From the NCBI RefSeq assembly GCF_006345805.1, contig NC_043004.1, forward strand, positions 95,604,001 to 95,668,000: a stretch of 64,000 nt of DNA, in the 5' to 3' direction. Shown one piece after another: positions 63,592-64,000 of the stretch (positions are counted from its first letter, which is position 1; every line of letters starts with the position of its first letter). Below the pieces are notes generated by a model, which saw only the letters and a list, made by a program, of their open reading frames with translations, was not told the origin of the DNA and ran no database searches. The position numbers and the translations under genes are program-made. This stretch comes from Octopus sinensis. Taxonomy: Eukaryota.

Positions 63592-63630
63592 AGTTACGGG
63601 GATGTAAACACACCAGCATCGGTTGTCAAG

Positions 63631-63675
<45 letters not shown>

Positions 63676-63842
63676 TATACGACGGGCTTCTTTCAGTTTC
63701 CGTCTACCGAATCCACTCAAAAGGCTTTTGTCGGCCCGAGACTATAGTAGAAGACACTTGCCCAAGATGCCACGCAGTGGGAGTGAGCCCGGAACCATGT
63801 GGTTCGTAAGCAAGCTACTTACCACACAGCCACTCCTACACT
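63592..63842 (-). mobile_element. SINE family A, 5' half
   Basis: Reverse complement of head through the internal microsatellite; abuts the truncated Tc1. Confidence 0.88.
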
Positions 63843-64000
63843 GGTTATGTATATACATGCAAGTTTATAAATCTATTCCAGCAGTATTTATTGCGTTATA
63901 ATTAATATAATGGAGTTTAACGATTGTGTTAATATCTAATTTATTTATATATGTATATTAATCTTTATATATATGTATATTAAGATTTGACGCATTTTTA

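Overview
AT-rich, repeat-dense animal genomic DNA. The SINE families, RTE/Penelope/Tx1 content and (TA)n/(CA)n load look like an octopus (coleoid cephalopod) genome; this is inferred from family resemblance, not from a search. I recognise no host protein-coding gene, and most ORFs in the track are microsatellite, SINE or transposon artefacts. Supported content: (i) many copies of several tRNA-headed SINE families; (ii) decayed non-LTR elements: RTE pieces, an R4/Dong-clade element with an inverted 5' piece, a near-full-length Tx1/L1-clade LINE fused to a CRE-like fragment, and two Penelope-like fragments; (iii) DNA transposon relics (Tigger/pogo x2, Tc1) and several MITEs; (iv) two local tandem duplications that may be assembly artefacts. 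The strongest unexplained signal is about eight hammerhead-ribozyme-like folds in Penelope-derived elements. These include a perfect palindrome encoding one on each strand and a variant with a swapped G3:C8 tertiary pair. Also notable: a SINE tail shared with the Tx1 LINE, and a CpG-poor to CpG-normal transition near 35 kb.
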